From positions 88,824,397 to 88,888,396 of the forward strand of contig CM097887.1 of the NCBI GenBank assembly GCA_044892525.1: a stretch of 64,000 nucleotides of DNA. Direction: 5' to 3'. How positions within the stretch are numbered: position 1 is the stretch's first letter; the number at the start of each line of letters is the position of its first letter. Under the pieces are notes generated by a model. It was given only the letters and a program-made list of their open reading frames with translations, did not search any database and had not been told where the DNA came from. A program made the translations under genes and the position numbers. This document shows, in pieces, positions 1 through 14,400 of this stretch. This DNA comes from Schmidtea polychroa (Eukaryota).

Positions 1-623
1 AAGTCGATGCCGATATTCTTGAAATGATGAAACAGCATGTATTCGTTCTTAGCAAAGAAATGTCTCACTATTTTCCTGATCTGCGAGAATTTGAAAAACA
101 CCATCGGTTTATCACTAACCCATTTGAAGTATCCATTAGTGACCTGCCCTCGGACGACAATTTAGTCCAGGAACAACTTATTGATTTAATAAACGATGAG
201 GGTGCAAAACATGTTTTCCGTGGAACTTGCTGTAGTGACTTTTGGATTGAAATGGCACTGTCCTATCCTGATGTTTCAAAGATGGCTCTAAAAGTCCTCA
301 TTCCATTTGCAACCACCTATGAGTGTGAGTCGGCTTTTTCTACACTACTTACAATTAAAACAAAAGCAAGAAATAGATTATGCGCGACAAATGATATGCG
401 AGTTGCACTGGCCAAGACAAAGCCAAACCTAGAAGCTCTAGTTCTGGAAAAACGCCTGCATCCGTCGCATTAAAATTGTTATTTAACTTTTACGATGTAA
501 TATTTTCTCAATATATAGGTTTTATTTGCTATACCTTTTTTTATTATTAGGGGTCCGCAAGCTATCTAACAATTTTTAAAGGGACCGCCTCGCAGAAAAT
601 TTCAAAGAATTTGAGAACCGCTG
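1..623 (+). mobile_element. 3' part of a hAT (Charlie/Buster-type) DNA transposon; transposase C-terminal dimerisation region at 24-473
   Basis: ORF ends ...FWIEMALSYPDVSKMALKVLIPFATTYECESAFSTLLTIKTKARNRL...HPSH*, the hATC signature. Right terminus TTGAGAACCGCTG (ends 623; reverse complement CAGCGGTTCTCAA) is followed by TTTTAAAA, which has the central TA typical of Buster-type targets. Confidence 0.85.
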
Positions 624-3600
624 TTTTAAAATGAGTGTTACCTTATAATTAAACTATTACTTGTTGTTTTCAATATATATTTTACGTTTACAAAAATTAA
701 TTTTCTGCAAGTTTTTAAATTTTCTGATAATCCTTAATACACAGTATTTGCAACAAATCCCTTTCAGTTTTCGTGATTTTTTTCTCTGATGAGACCAACC
801 TAAAGCTGATCACAAGCAAAAAGTGGTTTTTACTAAATAATACACGTTTTTTTAACATAAATATTGTTCTGATTGCAACAAAGGTCTTGAAATTAAATAT
901 TGCATGGTATTTATTGCAAGATATTTAAAACTAGATGACATATATTTCTCATTTGTAAAAACGAATTTTACTAATTCCTTATAAAAATTATTCATATGAT
1001 GAAAATTGCGTGATGATAAAAAGTCTTGTAACTAAATTCTGCATCCTACTCTACCTAAATATTTAAAATGAAATTATGACGGATTTTTTACAATAAAAGT
1101 AATAATTTTAATAGGTATGTAAAAAAAATTTCAGTTATTAAATATTTTGTTTATTTTCAAAACGAGGTTTTATTTATAATAATTTTGCTTAAAAAGCTTC
1201 TCTAAAATTACTTTTGAGCAAAAATGTATATAAAACAAATTAGCAAAAATCAAATTTTCAAAATTTTAAATATAAACTTAAAGGTTTTATGACTTTTTAT
1301 AAAGAAGAGTTAATTATGTGAAAACATCATAAATATCATCACAAATATTCATAATTTCCTTTTGAAATTTTAAATTAGGGTGCTTTTTATTATCAAAGGG
1401 TGCTATGCGTATTTTTTATTATAGAAATTTTATGAATTGTGTTTACATGCAATTATTTACTTTTCTTCTCACGTTAAATTTTTTCATTCTTCTATGTTCT
1501 AGGGTTTTATTTAATGTCAGAGGTCATTCAATTTTAATCATGGAAAAGACGCAGACTTTTATTATGTTAGTTTTTGATTTATTATTAAGTGTGCTATTTA
1601 AGATCAATTTTGGTACAATCAATTGCGCTTTACGTGCATGTAATGATTTTGTCAATAATGATTTTTGGAACAGAAATGTATTTGATAATTTCAAATGAAT
1701 AACATGAGTTTCTTTGTACTATATATCTAAAGTTAATTAAATTAATACAAATACAAAACGATTTTAAAATAAAAATGACTTATAAAACTAGAAAAAACCA
1801 TATAATTCCAAAACTAGAACAATCCCTAATTGCAATTTAAATAATTTTGAAAATTATTATTTAATTGAAACGGGAAAAATGATGATAATTGTTCATTATA
1901 AAGACAATTATTGGGGTTCAATGGCAAAATATTTAATTGACATCTACACAATCAGTGAAACTATACAAATACATGAATTATCAATTTATATCAAAATCAT
2001 AAATTATAAATTAAACCACTGAAAATTATAAATTTGCGAATGATTAAAAGTCCATATCAATGAATGGTGGTTTGTGAAATACTGAAACAATTAAGTAAGA
2101 CTAAATAATGAGAAAAGTTTATAAGAAATGTAGAAATTTGAGGGTCGTGAGAATATTATTAAAAAATTTAAATTCAACAATTAAAATATTATTTTAAAAT
2201 AAGATCGTAACTTTTACGAGTTTAAATGACAATATACGTTTTGGAACTAAATGAATTCATGAATTTTTGAAAAAATTCTTATAATTTCTAAATAAGGTTT
2301 TCAAAATAGTTTTCACCGAAAGGGTTAACTTTTGGTTAACTTTTTTATCAGGAAAATCCTTTCATTTTTTTTGTTTTGTTTTAACATTTCATTTATTTTC
2401 ATTGTGAATATGGATCAATTTTCTTTATCCATTGTAACACAAACGTTGAGGCACTTAAAAAAAGCTGTGTCAAAAAAATGTTGCATAAGAGAAAAAAATT
2501 GATCTGGATTCGTAATAAAGATAAATTAAATGTTAAAAGAAAATAACATATCAAAGATGAACAAAAACATCTTAGATAACTTAGTTCTATAACTAATATA
2601 AATTTCAAAAATATTATTTTTCCATTGAATTCTTTTTGATTTCTGTATACATAAATATTAATTAAAGTCGTCGTACAGTAAAAATTGCGCTATAGGAGTC
2701 TTGCGAGGATGTTAAATGAATAAAAATTAACAATGTAATTATTTATTTAGAATTGTTTCTGTAATAACTAAATATTTGATTAAAGTAACAATTTTTTAAG
2801 ATTTTAGGCACCATGAAACAAACATATTCTAATAGAAGGATTATTCATTAAAAATTCACAACAAATAGATAATTATTATATTTACTAATATTTTTTATCA
2901 TTACTACTAAAGAGAAACCTTCAAAAAAAAATTATAAATCTCAATAAATGTTTTGACAATTATAAGTCGTTTCATGAGCACTTATGATGAAAATATCAAA
3001 ATAAATATTTTCAGAGACTCATATTGACAAAACACGTCTAGACATTCCGCAACAAATTTTTCTATCCATGAATTTTTAAAATTGATTAGTCAAAAAAATT
3101 AAAATTAAAAATAAATAATAAATTTTGATTTAATTACAAATTGAAAATTTAGAAATATTTTATTAATTACACATTTAATTCTAAAATTTCCAAAACATAG
3201 TAATGATATATACATATATACCAGCAGTGGCCAACCTGCGGCCTGCCAAATGATCTGAATTTTACAAAAAAATGTATGTAAAACAAATAAGATATAAAAT
3301 ACTAAATCTGCTCATAAAATTTATATGCAATTTTAAAATTTAATTTTTTATTTTACATAAGAACTACTCGTATATATAAATGGACGCCCACAGAAAATTT
3401 TCTATGGGGGAGGGGCAAAATATTTTTAATAATGTTTTAATGTAGTTTTAATTTACTGTAGCATATTTGTATGGTGAACGAACGGACAGGACAGTAATGA
3501 AAGGCATACTGTAACAACAAATTTTTTATTAATTTTTTTTATTATTATTTTATTATTTGACTAGGGGGAAGTACCCCGTCCCTGCAAGCCTTAGAAACGC

Positions 3601-3674
3601 AAAGTGTTTTAAAGAAAAATGGTGCACGTCTTCAGCTTAAAGAAGAAACTATAGCGAGAAGGCAAATTCAAAGC

Positions 3675-3945
3675 TTTATCACTGGAAAAAGTTTTACTCT
3701 CATTGAAGTACTTGGTTTTCAGTCATCATTTTTGGAAACCGATCCAAGTACTTGGAAAACAAATGAAGTATTCCAAATTGTCAAGCCAAGAGCTCGATCT
3801 TTACAAGCGGTAAATGATGGAGTCATACAGGGTGTCCTTATGATAAAATCTTTCAACAACATCCTCTGTAAGGACGTGTAAGGACAAAGGACAAAAATAA
3901 TTTATTTTGCAAGTTATCGCTCATCACTGTCAACTGTATCCAACA
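3675..3945 (+). mobile_element. Degenerate hATm-like transposase C-terminal fragment
   Basis: Translates FITGKSFTLIEVLGFQSSFLETDPSTWKTNEVFQIVKPRARSLQAVNDGVIQGVLMIKSFNNILCKD. This parallels the C-terminus of the transposase at 45037-46206 ([10 protein letters not shown]...[25 protein letters not shown]). Interrupted by stops. Confidence 0.55.
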
Positions 3946-4499
3946 GTGAAAATTCTGTTCTTATGAATGCATTCCACAACCCTGGGCCATCATCTTCATA
4001 AACTTTGCATCTGCATTAATTATTTAATAACATTGATTTTACATTTAAACAATAAATAATCTCCATTTGGACTGATTGTAGTCATACATCTGTAGTAAAA
4101 GTAGTAACAGCCTTGCGCAACCACTAAATGAAGGATGTCTGTTCTAATATATTCCACACTTGTTTCCAACACTAGAATGTATAAAATTATAGGGTAGGAC
4201 TTTGAGAAAAACAACTTTCATTTTTCATTGGTACATTATAAATTCAATAAAATCCAAAAAAAAATTGTTCTCGCCTGTGTGCGCAATTTCAAAAAACAAC
4301 GCGCACACAAACGCGATAATTAACCTCAGAATTGACCATAGGGGGTGGGAATTATTTGAAGTATTATAAAAAATTAAATGAATTTAAGAAAATTTTTATT
4401 CATCCTCTATTTTAGAAAAATTGGACTCTGAAACATCAAACGTGGAAATTTTTTCTTAAAGTTAGTTGATTCCTCCTCATAAATCTATCTTTTTAATAA

Positions 4500-4896
4500 T
4501 CATTATTCTAGATACGCGCTTTCGTTCTAATCGTTCATCAATAACCCATGCGTATTACAAACTATCCAGATCCTCAAACTTCAACTTTCTTCCTCCTCCT
4601 TGAAGTCTAAACTTATTTGGATCTGATTGCTGAATTTCACTTTCTAGAGTGATCCATTCTCTCAATGTATGTCTATCAATACCAAATCTTGTAGCAACTT
4701 GCATTTAACTTATACTTGTTTTTATATTTTTTATTTGTCATAAAGGGATATTTAAATTTTAATAATATTAAAACAAAAACATAAAATGGTATAGTTCTGC
4801 AATTTAAGAAATATTTGAACTTTTTAATATTTATTCAAATAACGATAATTCCCGGTGTGGAATTATTTCGGGCGGGGGATTACTTCGAGTTTTAGA
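4500..4896 (-). mobile_element. Degenerate pogo/Tc2-type transposon 5' end with HTH DNA-binding remnant
   Basis: Minus strand reads QVATRFGIDRHTLREWI...FRLQGGGRK followed by frameshifted WVIDERLERKRVSR. Terminus CTCTAAACTCGAAGTAA sits next to a TA. Confidence 0.45.
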
Positions 4897-6051
4897 GTAT
4901 ATATACATGTTCTTTCGTAATTTATAAATATAATTTAAAAGAGCTTTTTATCATGTGACATTCCAAATCCAGATACAATTAATAGGAACTAGCCACTAGG
5001 TTTGTCATTTAATGATTCCTTAAAGGACTCTGTTGATTTTAGTAGATATTTCATTTCAGGGCCGTCTTAAGAAATTCGGCGCCTGTGGACTACTAAAAAT
5101 AATGCGCCTCTCTTTGTAAGAAAATTCAGAATGGCAAATGGGAACGGGTGAGTATAAATAGGTTGTCAGCTCACATTTAAGAAATCTATCGAAGTTTATG
5201 GCATCATAAATTATTGTAATATCGTTTGTCATTCCAGCTTATTTGAATATAAAAATCAGTTAAATATTTTAAGAAATTGTTTTAATTTAAAATACTTGGA
5301 AAATAATAAAATGAAAAATGAATTTTTATAAAACTAATAACTAAATGACTAATATTATAAGAACTTTATTCAATTTTCACCACTTATTTCTTTTCAATTG
5401 ATATAGTATTTATTAAAATACTTGACTATGATTCATAGTCAAGTTTTTAATAAATACAATGTTAAATGACTAATAACTAAATAACTATTATATATATAAA
5501 TCGCAAATAAAAATTGCCGCCCTAAAAGGCTTGTGTCCCATTTAGCCCTGTGCCAGTTGCTAGAAATAGACAAGTGTGAAAAAATATTTAAACGAATCAA
5601 ATTCTTGCTTTGCTAAATATTTCAGAGTCAGAAATAATTGAACGATTAGAAAAATGAGAGTGTTATTTCAATGAGGAAACTCCCAATAAATTCATGTTCA
5701 TAAAGTTAACATTGATAATAAAATCAGTAAAAACCAGTTTTCAAAAAACACTAAAATAGATATTCTTGTTTGATTTAATTTACATACTAAATTTTGATTA
5801 ATAATTAATAATTGGAGCAGAAATTGAAAAACATTTCCTTTATCTTCATTTAGCTTTTTAAGACTTAATTAATATTTTACTCAATATTTATCACGAATTT
5901 TGGGTAGTGATTTTTTTCAGATTTTTGAAAGAAGCAATGTCGATAATTCTTGTTAAATACAAAATAAAATATTGATTATTGATTTACAAAAAAAAATTAA
6001 TGAAATTAAAGGAAATTGATATATTTAATAAAAATATAAAATACTGTATAC

Positions 6052-6731
6052 CTCGTTTATGTTTTTGTAGGTTTTTATTAGGTCAACCGACAGTTTTATC
6101 AGTATGTGAGGATTGGAACATCGAGGATCTAATTTTATAACGCCTGTTTCCATTGGCAAAGAAGTGAGAGTTTTATCAATTGAAGAATCGGATTTTGGAA
6201 AATTTAAGTTACCAGTTAAATTTGATTGTTTTTCAGTTAATGTCTTTGAGGAAGTAAGTGATGTAGATATATTATGAGACCGAATAAGGTTTTGTTGAGC
6301 ATTTGAAACAAAGGTATTGACATATAGCTTATCTATACCTAGATTTCCTTGGCAATAACTGAAGTCTGGATAATGATAATAAGATCCACCAACATCATCT
6401 TCGGATTTCTTTTCAAATTTCGGACTAACATAAGTAGAAATTATTGATGATAGAGATCCAGAATGATGATTGGGAGAAGCCATTTGCACTTCAGAAGAAG
6501 AGATATTTGTAATATCCATCGGCTCATTTGTATTTGCAAGATTAGCATAGATGAAATTATCTGATGATATTTCGATTCCGGTGTTGATAGCGGAAAATAT
6601 TGTTTTTGAAGCCGAATCGGTTGAATGTAAGCCTAAGACACCCTTGCGTTTTTCAATTTGATTCAATTGATCAGCTGTGACTAAATGCCCGTAAACGGGC
6701 ACATTAGTTACACCCATGGTGTGTTGTTGAC
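6052..6731 (-). CDS. Probable internal coding exon of an unidentified gene (Ser/Asn-rich)
   Basis: 230-codon open frame with raised GC in about 20% GC surroundings, bounded by TTCAG acceptor (6732) and GAG|GTATAC donor (6051). No family recognised. Confidence 0.4.
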
Positions 6732-7555
6732 CTGAATCAATTTGAAAAAAATAGTTAAATTTTTATTTCTTTGAGAATTTGTTAAATTAATAATTCAAAA
6801 ATTATTCAATTTATCAACATGAAATTAAATGACATTCGGATGTATTTTTTCATGCTATTTATAAAACTTCGAATCGAACCAATAATTAGATTTATGATTA
6901 GATTTATATTTTGCATTTATTTCGCTAATGAAATTCCTAACAATTCGAAATATGTCATTATTGTTAATCTTGCACTTTATAAAAAATAATGAATACAATT
7001 TCTGATTGACAAATATTTTTGTTATAATTAAAAATTATTTCATTTTATTAAATATATAGTTCGCAGCAAAAGACTTAAATTATAAATTAATTGTTTAACA
7101 ATTACATAATTATAAATGTGAAATAAAATAAAATTTATTAATTCTAATAAAATTAAATAAACACTCAAAATACACGTCGTAAATGTGGTTATTTTTTATG
7201 TTGATTTTGGATTTAAATGATTTTATCATCAAAATTTTATCAGTAATACATTTTCAGTAGTTTTTGAAATCGTTAGTAAAAACTTTAAAATTGTAAATGT
7301 CTATTTTCAACATGCATGTTTTATTATGGTCAAAAATATGTGTTTTCACTCAATTGGGAATGCTATTGAACTTGTAGTAGCAAATTTCAGAAGCTTGCTA
7401 AAGCAATCATGTCAATAATATCATGAAGTAAGGTGTTGGATTTTTATTGCAAAAATATATTTTAAAAAATCATGTTCTTTTATTTTTATGAAAAAATACA
7501 ATTGATATTTAATAGATTTTTTAAATATTAATCCAATTACTAATTTTTATTTATA

Positions 7556-8322
7556 CACCTAATTCTGTTTTTACACGAATTGTTTTTACACGAATTGTTT
7601 TTACACGAATTTGATTTAACACGAATTAAAAAGAATTTATTTTCTCTTTTTACATGAATTGCTTTGTTTTAACACGATTTTCAATATTCTATGGATTTTT
7701 TTTTGTTATTAATTTTTTTTATTTTCATTTTTAACAAATTATGTATACATACATTTTAACTTCGCATTATATTCTTCAGAATTCGGTTAGATTATGTCAA
7801 TTGTATGGGTATGTTTTCTCTTTGGGTGGGATTCACCGAAATATACATAAAGTAAAAACGTAATGTACTTTGAATTATCAACACAGGAGACTAGTGATAA
7901 TAATTCAAAAATAATTTCCCAAGACGATGAACAAAATAATTCGAGTGATAGCAGTGATATTGCAGTCTTACGCAAACTTATACGTGTGTCAGAAAATGAC
8001 AGTGAATAAAAATTTGTTATGTTTATATTATTTTTACTTTTTTATATTAATGCATTTCTGATATTATTTTCTATTTTCCAAATCATAATTTATTTTTTAT
8101 ATAATATATTTAATGAATTAAAATGTGTAAGCATGAAAAATAAATTCTTTTGTGAACTCTAACAAGGATTTTTTTATATTATTATTATACTTTTGCTTGT
8201 TTATTGTACTTTTGTTGCTTTTTTAGGTATGGAATCAATCTACTATTTTTCCATTTAGCCAATATCTTTTTTTACACGAATTTTTTAGGAACGTATCTAT
8301 CGTGTAAAAACAGAATTAGGTG
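7556..8322. mobile_element. Non-autonomous Tigger/pogo-like element
   Basis: Perfect TIR CACCTAATTCTGTTTTTACACGA / TCGTGTAAAAACAGAATTAGGTG, TA on both sides, subterminal TTTTTACACGAATT repeats, and an acidic transposase-tail-like remnant (SQDDEQNNSSDSSD) inside. Confidence 0.8.
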
Positions 8323-8324
8323 TA

Positions 8325-8515
8325 CAGGCAACCTTCGAATTGCGCGGTTAAATTTTTCATTGTTATTCGAAACAGTGTTATACGAAACTTTTAATTGTAG
8401 AAAAAAATTAAATTCTTACAAGTTATAATCAAAATTATATTACCATTGTTATAAGAAAATCAAAATGAATTTTTAAAAACATAATTCAAGTGTCGCTTTA
8501 TTCGAGGATTGCCTG
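8325..8515. mobile_element. Tc1/mariner-pogo superfamily MITE abutting the previous element
   Basis: Imperfect TIR CAGGCAACCTTCGAAT / ATTCGAGGATTGCCTG with TA flanks; shares the TA at 8323-8324 with the upstream element. Confidence 0.7.
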
Positions 8516-9258
8516 TAAAACTAATTTGAATGTAACTGTTTTATAATATTTATTTGAAATTATATTGACCAAAAAATACAATACCAAATTTGCCTTGTTT
8601 TTTAAATCAGTAGTTGTAAGCAATTTTCTCTGTATTACACTTAAGAATTGGTTTCAGAAATATATGTTTTCTTTTATTATTAACCACTTCCGCTTTTAAG
8701 ATATACTATGTATATCCATTGTTATGTCTTAAATGTGGACAGAATATCATCCAATTTAAGTATTTAAAGTAAGTATGTGTTTAAGTCGTTATGAACAATT
8801 GTTAAACGTAGATTATAAGCAATATTGGATTTAATCTTTATTTACGTTTGTCAACAAATTATCAACAAACATGATTATGAAAATTATTGAATTAAAAAAA
8901 TCTAAGGTGAAAACAAAAGATAAATATAATAAAGATATTTGATATTTTAAATCTTTTTCTTTCGTTGATTAACTGAATGCCGTTAATCTGAGAGTTTGTC
9001 TGGGTCAACTATATTTTAATGCAATTAATGATATGTTTCTGTAGTATTATATTTTCAAATTTATATTTTACATTTAAACTCGCATCAAAAATGCCGATTC
9101 AAGTCTTGAATTTATATTTAATAATTTCATCTTATATATCTAATATCATAATACCACATGTTTGTGATTTAATTTAACTCCATTATTAAATTAATCAAAT
9201 TTAAATTAGTTTATACTAAATTATTTTCATATTGAAAATGAACTCTTGATAAATAAAT

Positions 9259-9261
<3 letters not shown>

Positions 9262-9330
<69 letters not shown>
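9262..9330. repeat. Compound (TA)n(TG)n microsatellite
   Basis: Read directly from sequence. Confidence 0.95.
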
Positions 9331-11347
9331 TATATCAAATATGTTTACAGCTCCTTTGCTTGATATATTATCTTCATTTTGTTCATCTATATCGTTGACA
9401 TCTATAAAATATTCCTTCTTTGCGGATTTATCTTCATACTGAATTTCTGTCAAAAACAATAATTTTTAAAATTATATCCTGATTTGATTTTGTAGCACCC
9501 AGCATCAAAATGACACTGATATAAATAAATTTCAGATAATCTTGCTGATGAAAAAATATTATTTAATTAAATTTTAATTACATAGCATTATTACTTAACC
9601 TTTAAAAGACTGATGGGTCAAAAATGACCCAAAGATTGAAATAATAAGTTTAAAACATTTTGGATTTTAAAATTTTCAGCTTATTTTTCATGTCAATATT
9701 TTTGTAAATATATAAATACTTTTGAATACTCACGAGTTTGTTTAAAAAGATCAGCCATTTTAAAATCAACCCAGAAGTGTCTTTTATGTTATAAATTATG
9801 TATAATGTTTTAATTAATCCATATTTCTTATTATATCAAACTTAAGGGTCATGTGTTTCACATTTCTTCAAGAAATTGGACAGCTACCAACCAATTAATA
9901 TTCCCTACATTTATTTTTTAAAAACATCTTATTAAATTCTTGAATAAAATAAGTAATATCTATTACCATATCTCCTATCTCTTTGTTAATATTATGTCGT
10001 TTAATACTTTTACAATTAGAATACTTATTTAAATACTTTATTATCTAAATGAAATTATACTATTCCTATCACTAGTATAATTTTGAAATTTGCTATATTT
10101 GTTATATATTTTGACTGAATAAACTAGTAATTTATAATTTATGACCATCAATGTCATCATTCCGAATAATACTGCATTTTTTAGAAAGAATTATTATTTT
10201 CCCGTTATTTTCTATCCTTTATATCATCCTTTTTGCCTTTAACATTAATTGTTCTACACTATTTGCATTTTTAAATCATTTTATATAATGGAAACTCTTT
10301 TAAAAACACTTTTTCACTTTTTGCAGTAGTACGATGGATTTAAGGAACGTGTAAGACATTTCAATATTGCACTAACATTTCCCATTGTCTGTCAACTATT
10401 CAAATCTTTATTAAAAAGATCCATGTTTTGAAACTTAACATTACGTCTTTTAAATATTTTTTTAATTGTTTCAACCTTTGCAGTAGTAATAAATAAAATA
10501 GTAATAATAATAATAATAATAAAAGGCCTAAATTATAATTTCATAAATTTAAATAATAAATGCTGCTATCAAGNNNNNNNNNNNNNNNNNNNNNNNNNNN
10601 NNNNNNNNNNNNNNNNNNNNNNNNNNNNNNNNNNNNNNNNNNNNNNNNNNNNNNNNNNNNNNNNNNNNNNNNNNNNNNNNNNNNNNNNNNNNNNNNNNNN
10701 NNNNNNNAACTTTAAGATCTATCAATTTCAACAATAAAAATAAATCTTTATAATTTTACGATAATAATTAAATGTTGCAATAATATTAATTTATTTTTAA
10801 ATTTTCTTTCACGTAATTACTCATAAAAAATTCTTTCAAGCCAACACTAATTTATATGATTATATCTTTCTTTTATTCGATTTTAAATTATTCAAAACTA
10901 TCCAAAATATCCAAAAATGTCAAAGAAAATACTTAAAATCTGTCAAAAGATTATTTGTTTATATTTATCTTTTGGTTTCAACTTGGATCTTGTTTTTAAT
11001 TCAATAATTTTTATGTAATAATATTTGTAAGACTATACACCGAAATAATATATAAGGTATTTGTTTAAATATTTGATTTTACGTTTAGTTTTTTAAATTA
11101 AAAAACTTTATGTGGCATAATACTTCTCAAAGACTATCATAGTATTTCTGACTTTAAAATAAGATAAAATTTCATGAGCTCTCACTACTCTTTCACCGAG
11201 TTAATAACGATATTTTTGCAGTTTTTATCAATTGTATCGTGTACCTTACATATATTGTTTTAATAATAATAATAAAAGGCCTAAATTATAATTTCATAAA
11301 TTTAAATAATAAATGCTGCTATCAAGAAATCATCACTTTATACTAAA

Positions 11348-11423
<76 letters not shown>
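11348..11423. repeat. (AAT)n microsatellite
   Basis: Read directly from sequence. Confidence 0.95.
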
Positions 11424-11426
<3 letters not shown>

Positions 11427-14400
11427 TAATAAAATAATTTGTTCAAGAATTAACTTTTAGATCTATCAATTTCAACAATAAAAATAAATCTTTATAATTT
11501 TACGATAATAATTAAATGTTGCAATAATATTAATTTATTTTTAAATTTTCTTTCACGTAATTACTCATAAAAAATTCTTTCAAGCCAACACTAATTTATA
11601 TGATTATATCTTTCTTTTATTCGATTTTAAATTATTCAAAACTATCCAAAATATCCAAAAATGTCAAAGAAAATACTTAAAATCTGTCAAAAGATTATTT
11701 GTTTATATTTATCTTTTGGTTTCAACTTGGATCTTGTTTTTAATTCAATAATTTTTATGTAATAATATTTGTAAGACTATACACCGAAATAATATATAAG
11801 GTATTTGTTTAAATATTTGATTTTACGTTTAGTTTTTTAAATTAAAAAACTTTATGTGGCATAATACTTCTCAAAGACTATCATAGTATTTCTGACTTTA
11901 AAATAAGATAAAATTTCATGAGCTCTCACTACTCTTTCACCGAGTTAATAACGATATTTTTGCAGTTTTTATCAATTGTATCGTGTACCTTACATATATT
12001 GTTTTGATCTATAGTCTTACAAACATTTATGAAAATTATTGAAATATCTATATAAAATATCTTTCTATAGGTTTCATTTCATATTTTGCGTGATTTTCAT
12101 TCAGTCAAACATTAAGAGTTCATATTGGAAAGATGTGATTTAAAAATATAGGTGTTGTAATTATGCAACACTGCAGTTGAATAATAAATAATTATTGTAA
12201 CAATTCGTTACAAAACTGGGATAAATAATGTAAAATGTTCGCGAAATATTCATGTTTCTTTAAAATATAATGCGCCATCTCATGCCACAAATTGGAATAT
12301 TCGAGGATATGTATTTGAGGAAACATCAGTTCAGCTACAAATATGAAACCAGTTTTGTCTCACCGTAGTGCTAAATTAGCTGAAAGTGTTATCTAAACAT
12401 CAATTTCCTATTGTTCATAGCAATCAGCTATTGCAAACGACCTTATGCAACGAATTTGGTGTATTTGAATAAAAATAAAACTTAACCTTGTAAAATTCAT
12501 TTAATATGTGATAAACCCTTAGTTATTGTGATTATATTTCAGTAATCAATTAAAAATTATAATAAACTGAAAAATAAATCGGCAAAAATGAAATCAGTGA
12601 AAATATCTGTTTAATCTTTTCTAACGCATTTTTATAATGCAAAATTGTATCAAATCCTTTTTAGATTTTTGTCTAGTGAACTATTTCTTTGTAAAAAATG
12701 AAATCATAGGTCATGAAATCGTACAATAAATATTTAAAGGAATGTTTACATGTATCAATTCGATGCATAATGAATTCTATAAATACTTTGATAATAAATT
12801 ATCTGCTCTGAAAAAAAAACAGTTGTCTTAAAAATTCCATTAAATTAACGAAGGATAGAAAATTAAATTGTGAAGGAAACTGGAAGGAAATTTTAAAAAT
12901 AGCCTACTATATTTAGCTATTTTTGCAAAATACTATAATTATATTCTTTCGTTTCCTGATACAATTATATTAATCTACAAGTTATTGTGTGATGTTAACA
13001 TTTTAAGATTTATTAGAAATTTTGTTTAACATGGAAAAAATTTAAAGAAATTGCGATAATTTCTGTGGTAGTTATTTTAAAAAGTTTTAACAATTATTCA
13101 AATGAGTAAATCAACATTTTTAATTTATTTATTTTAATATAAGAAAATTAAAGAAAATGAAAAGTACGAAATTTCATTTTCAAAAAAATAAAAAATGATG
13201 ACGATAGTTATTAGTTTTACTTCAAATATATTTACGCGTTGGACCTAGGTAAATTTTCTTCCGAAATTTAATTAGAAAAAACCTTTAAGTTTGTAGTAAA
13301 TTAGAGAAATTCTTTCTAGTAAACGATGGTAATCCTGGACGAAATTTTAAATTCCAATGTAAGCTGAAGTCGTATTTTTGGATGCCAAGAGCTGTATAAA
13401 GAATTAATCTAATTATTATTTCTACGTTTATTCAGGAATTTTCTTATCAAATAAAATTAAGAAATTATGAGGGGGTTTTAGTGAACTGAATTAGCCTTAA
13501 TTTAGCTCTTATTACCATGGAAAATCTGATGAACTGAGTGTTATTCTAATGATAACAGTGATTTTACATCAGTTACAAATAAAGGGATTACTGAAATTGT
13601 AAAATAAATTTCACTTGTTTCAATAATTTTTTTGTAAACTAATGCATATTTTTGACTTTTGGGAAATTTGGGAAGTGTAATAGAAAAGCATCTTGTTATG
13701 ACATGTCTACAGCATAACAAAGAAAAATGTATTCTGAAATATTTCTTTTAGCTGTTAATTTTGCAGCTATCTCAAAATTAAATAATATTTTTATCGAATT
13801 CATAATAAAAAAACATTTTAAATAATTTCTGAAATCGAATATCTTGATACTGGAAAATATTACATACTGGGAAAAAATTTTGTTACAAAAATATTTCTAT
13901 GGATTTAAAAAAAAATTTTATATGAAAATAGTTTCTTGTCATTCATTTCTTTACATTTACATATTGATTTTTCATTAAAAAATTGAGCATGCCATGGAAT
14001 TTCAAAATTTCCTGATTACACTCTGACCCGCTGAAAATAATTTGAAACTAAAATGGCCCTTCATCCAAAGTATTTGCCCACCTATGATCTTATATCTCAA
14101 CTTGAAAACTTTAAAACTCCATTGAAAATTGCAAGTAAAGAGTTAATTACGTTGATATAAATATCTTCCAAAACAGTTTATAGTAATATCTTGGTGCAAT
14201 TTGAGTTTTGAGTCGGAATTATTTCAAAGAACTCAATTCTATCGAAAAAATACTAATTAGGTGTGTGAATTCAAGCTTTACATACTTTAGGAAAAGTAAT
14301 CAAATAGTCTGTGAAAAGATCGGTGATATGTAATTCTAATAAGTATTATTTAAATATCACAGGCCCGGTGATTCCGGTCAAGAAATTATCAAACCACATG

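Noticed and set aside
10500-12005. Apparent tandem duplication of about 550-620 bp (10708-11260 vs 11452-12005, plus 10510-10573 vs 11262-11326)
   Set aside because: The copies look identical and flank an N gap next to an (AAT)n tract; most likely overlapping contig ends left unmerged.
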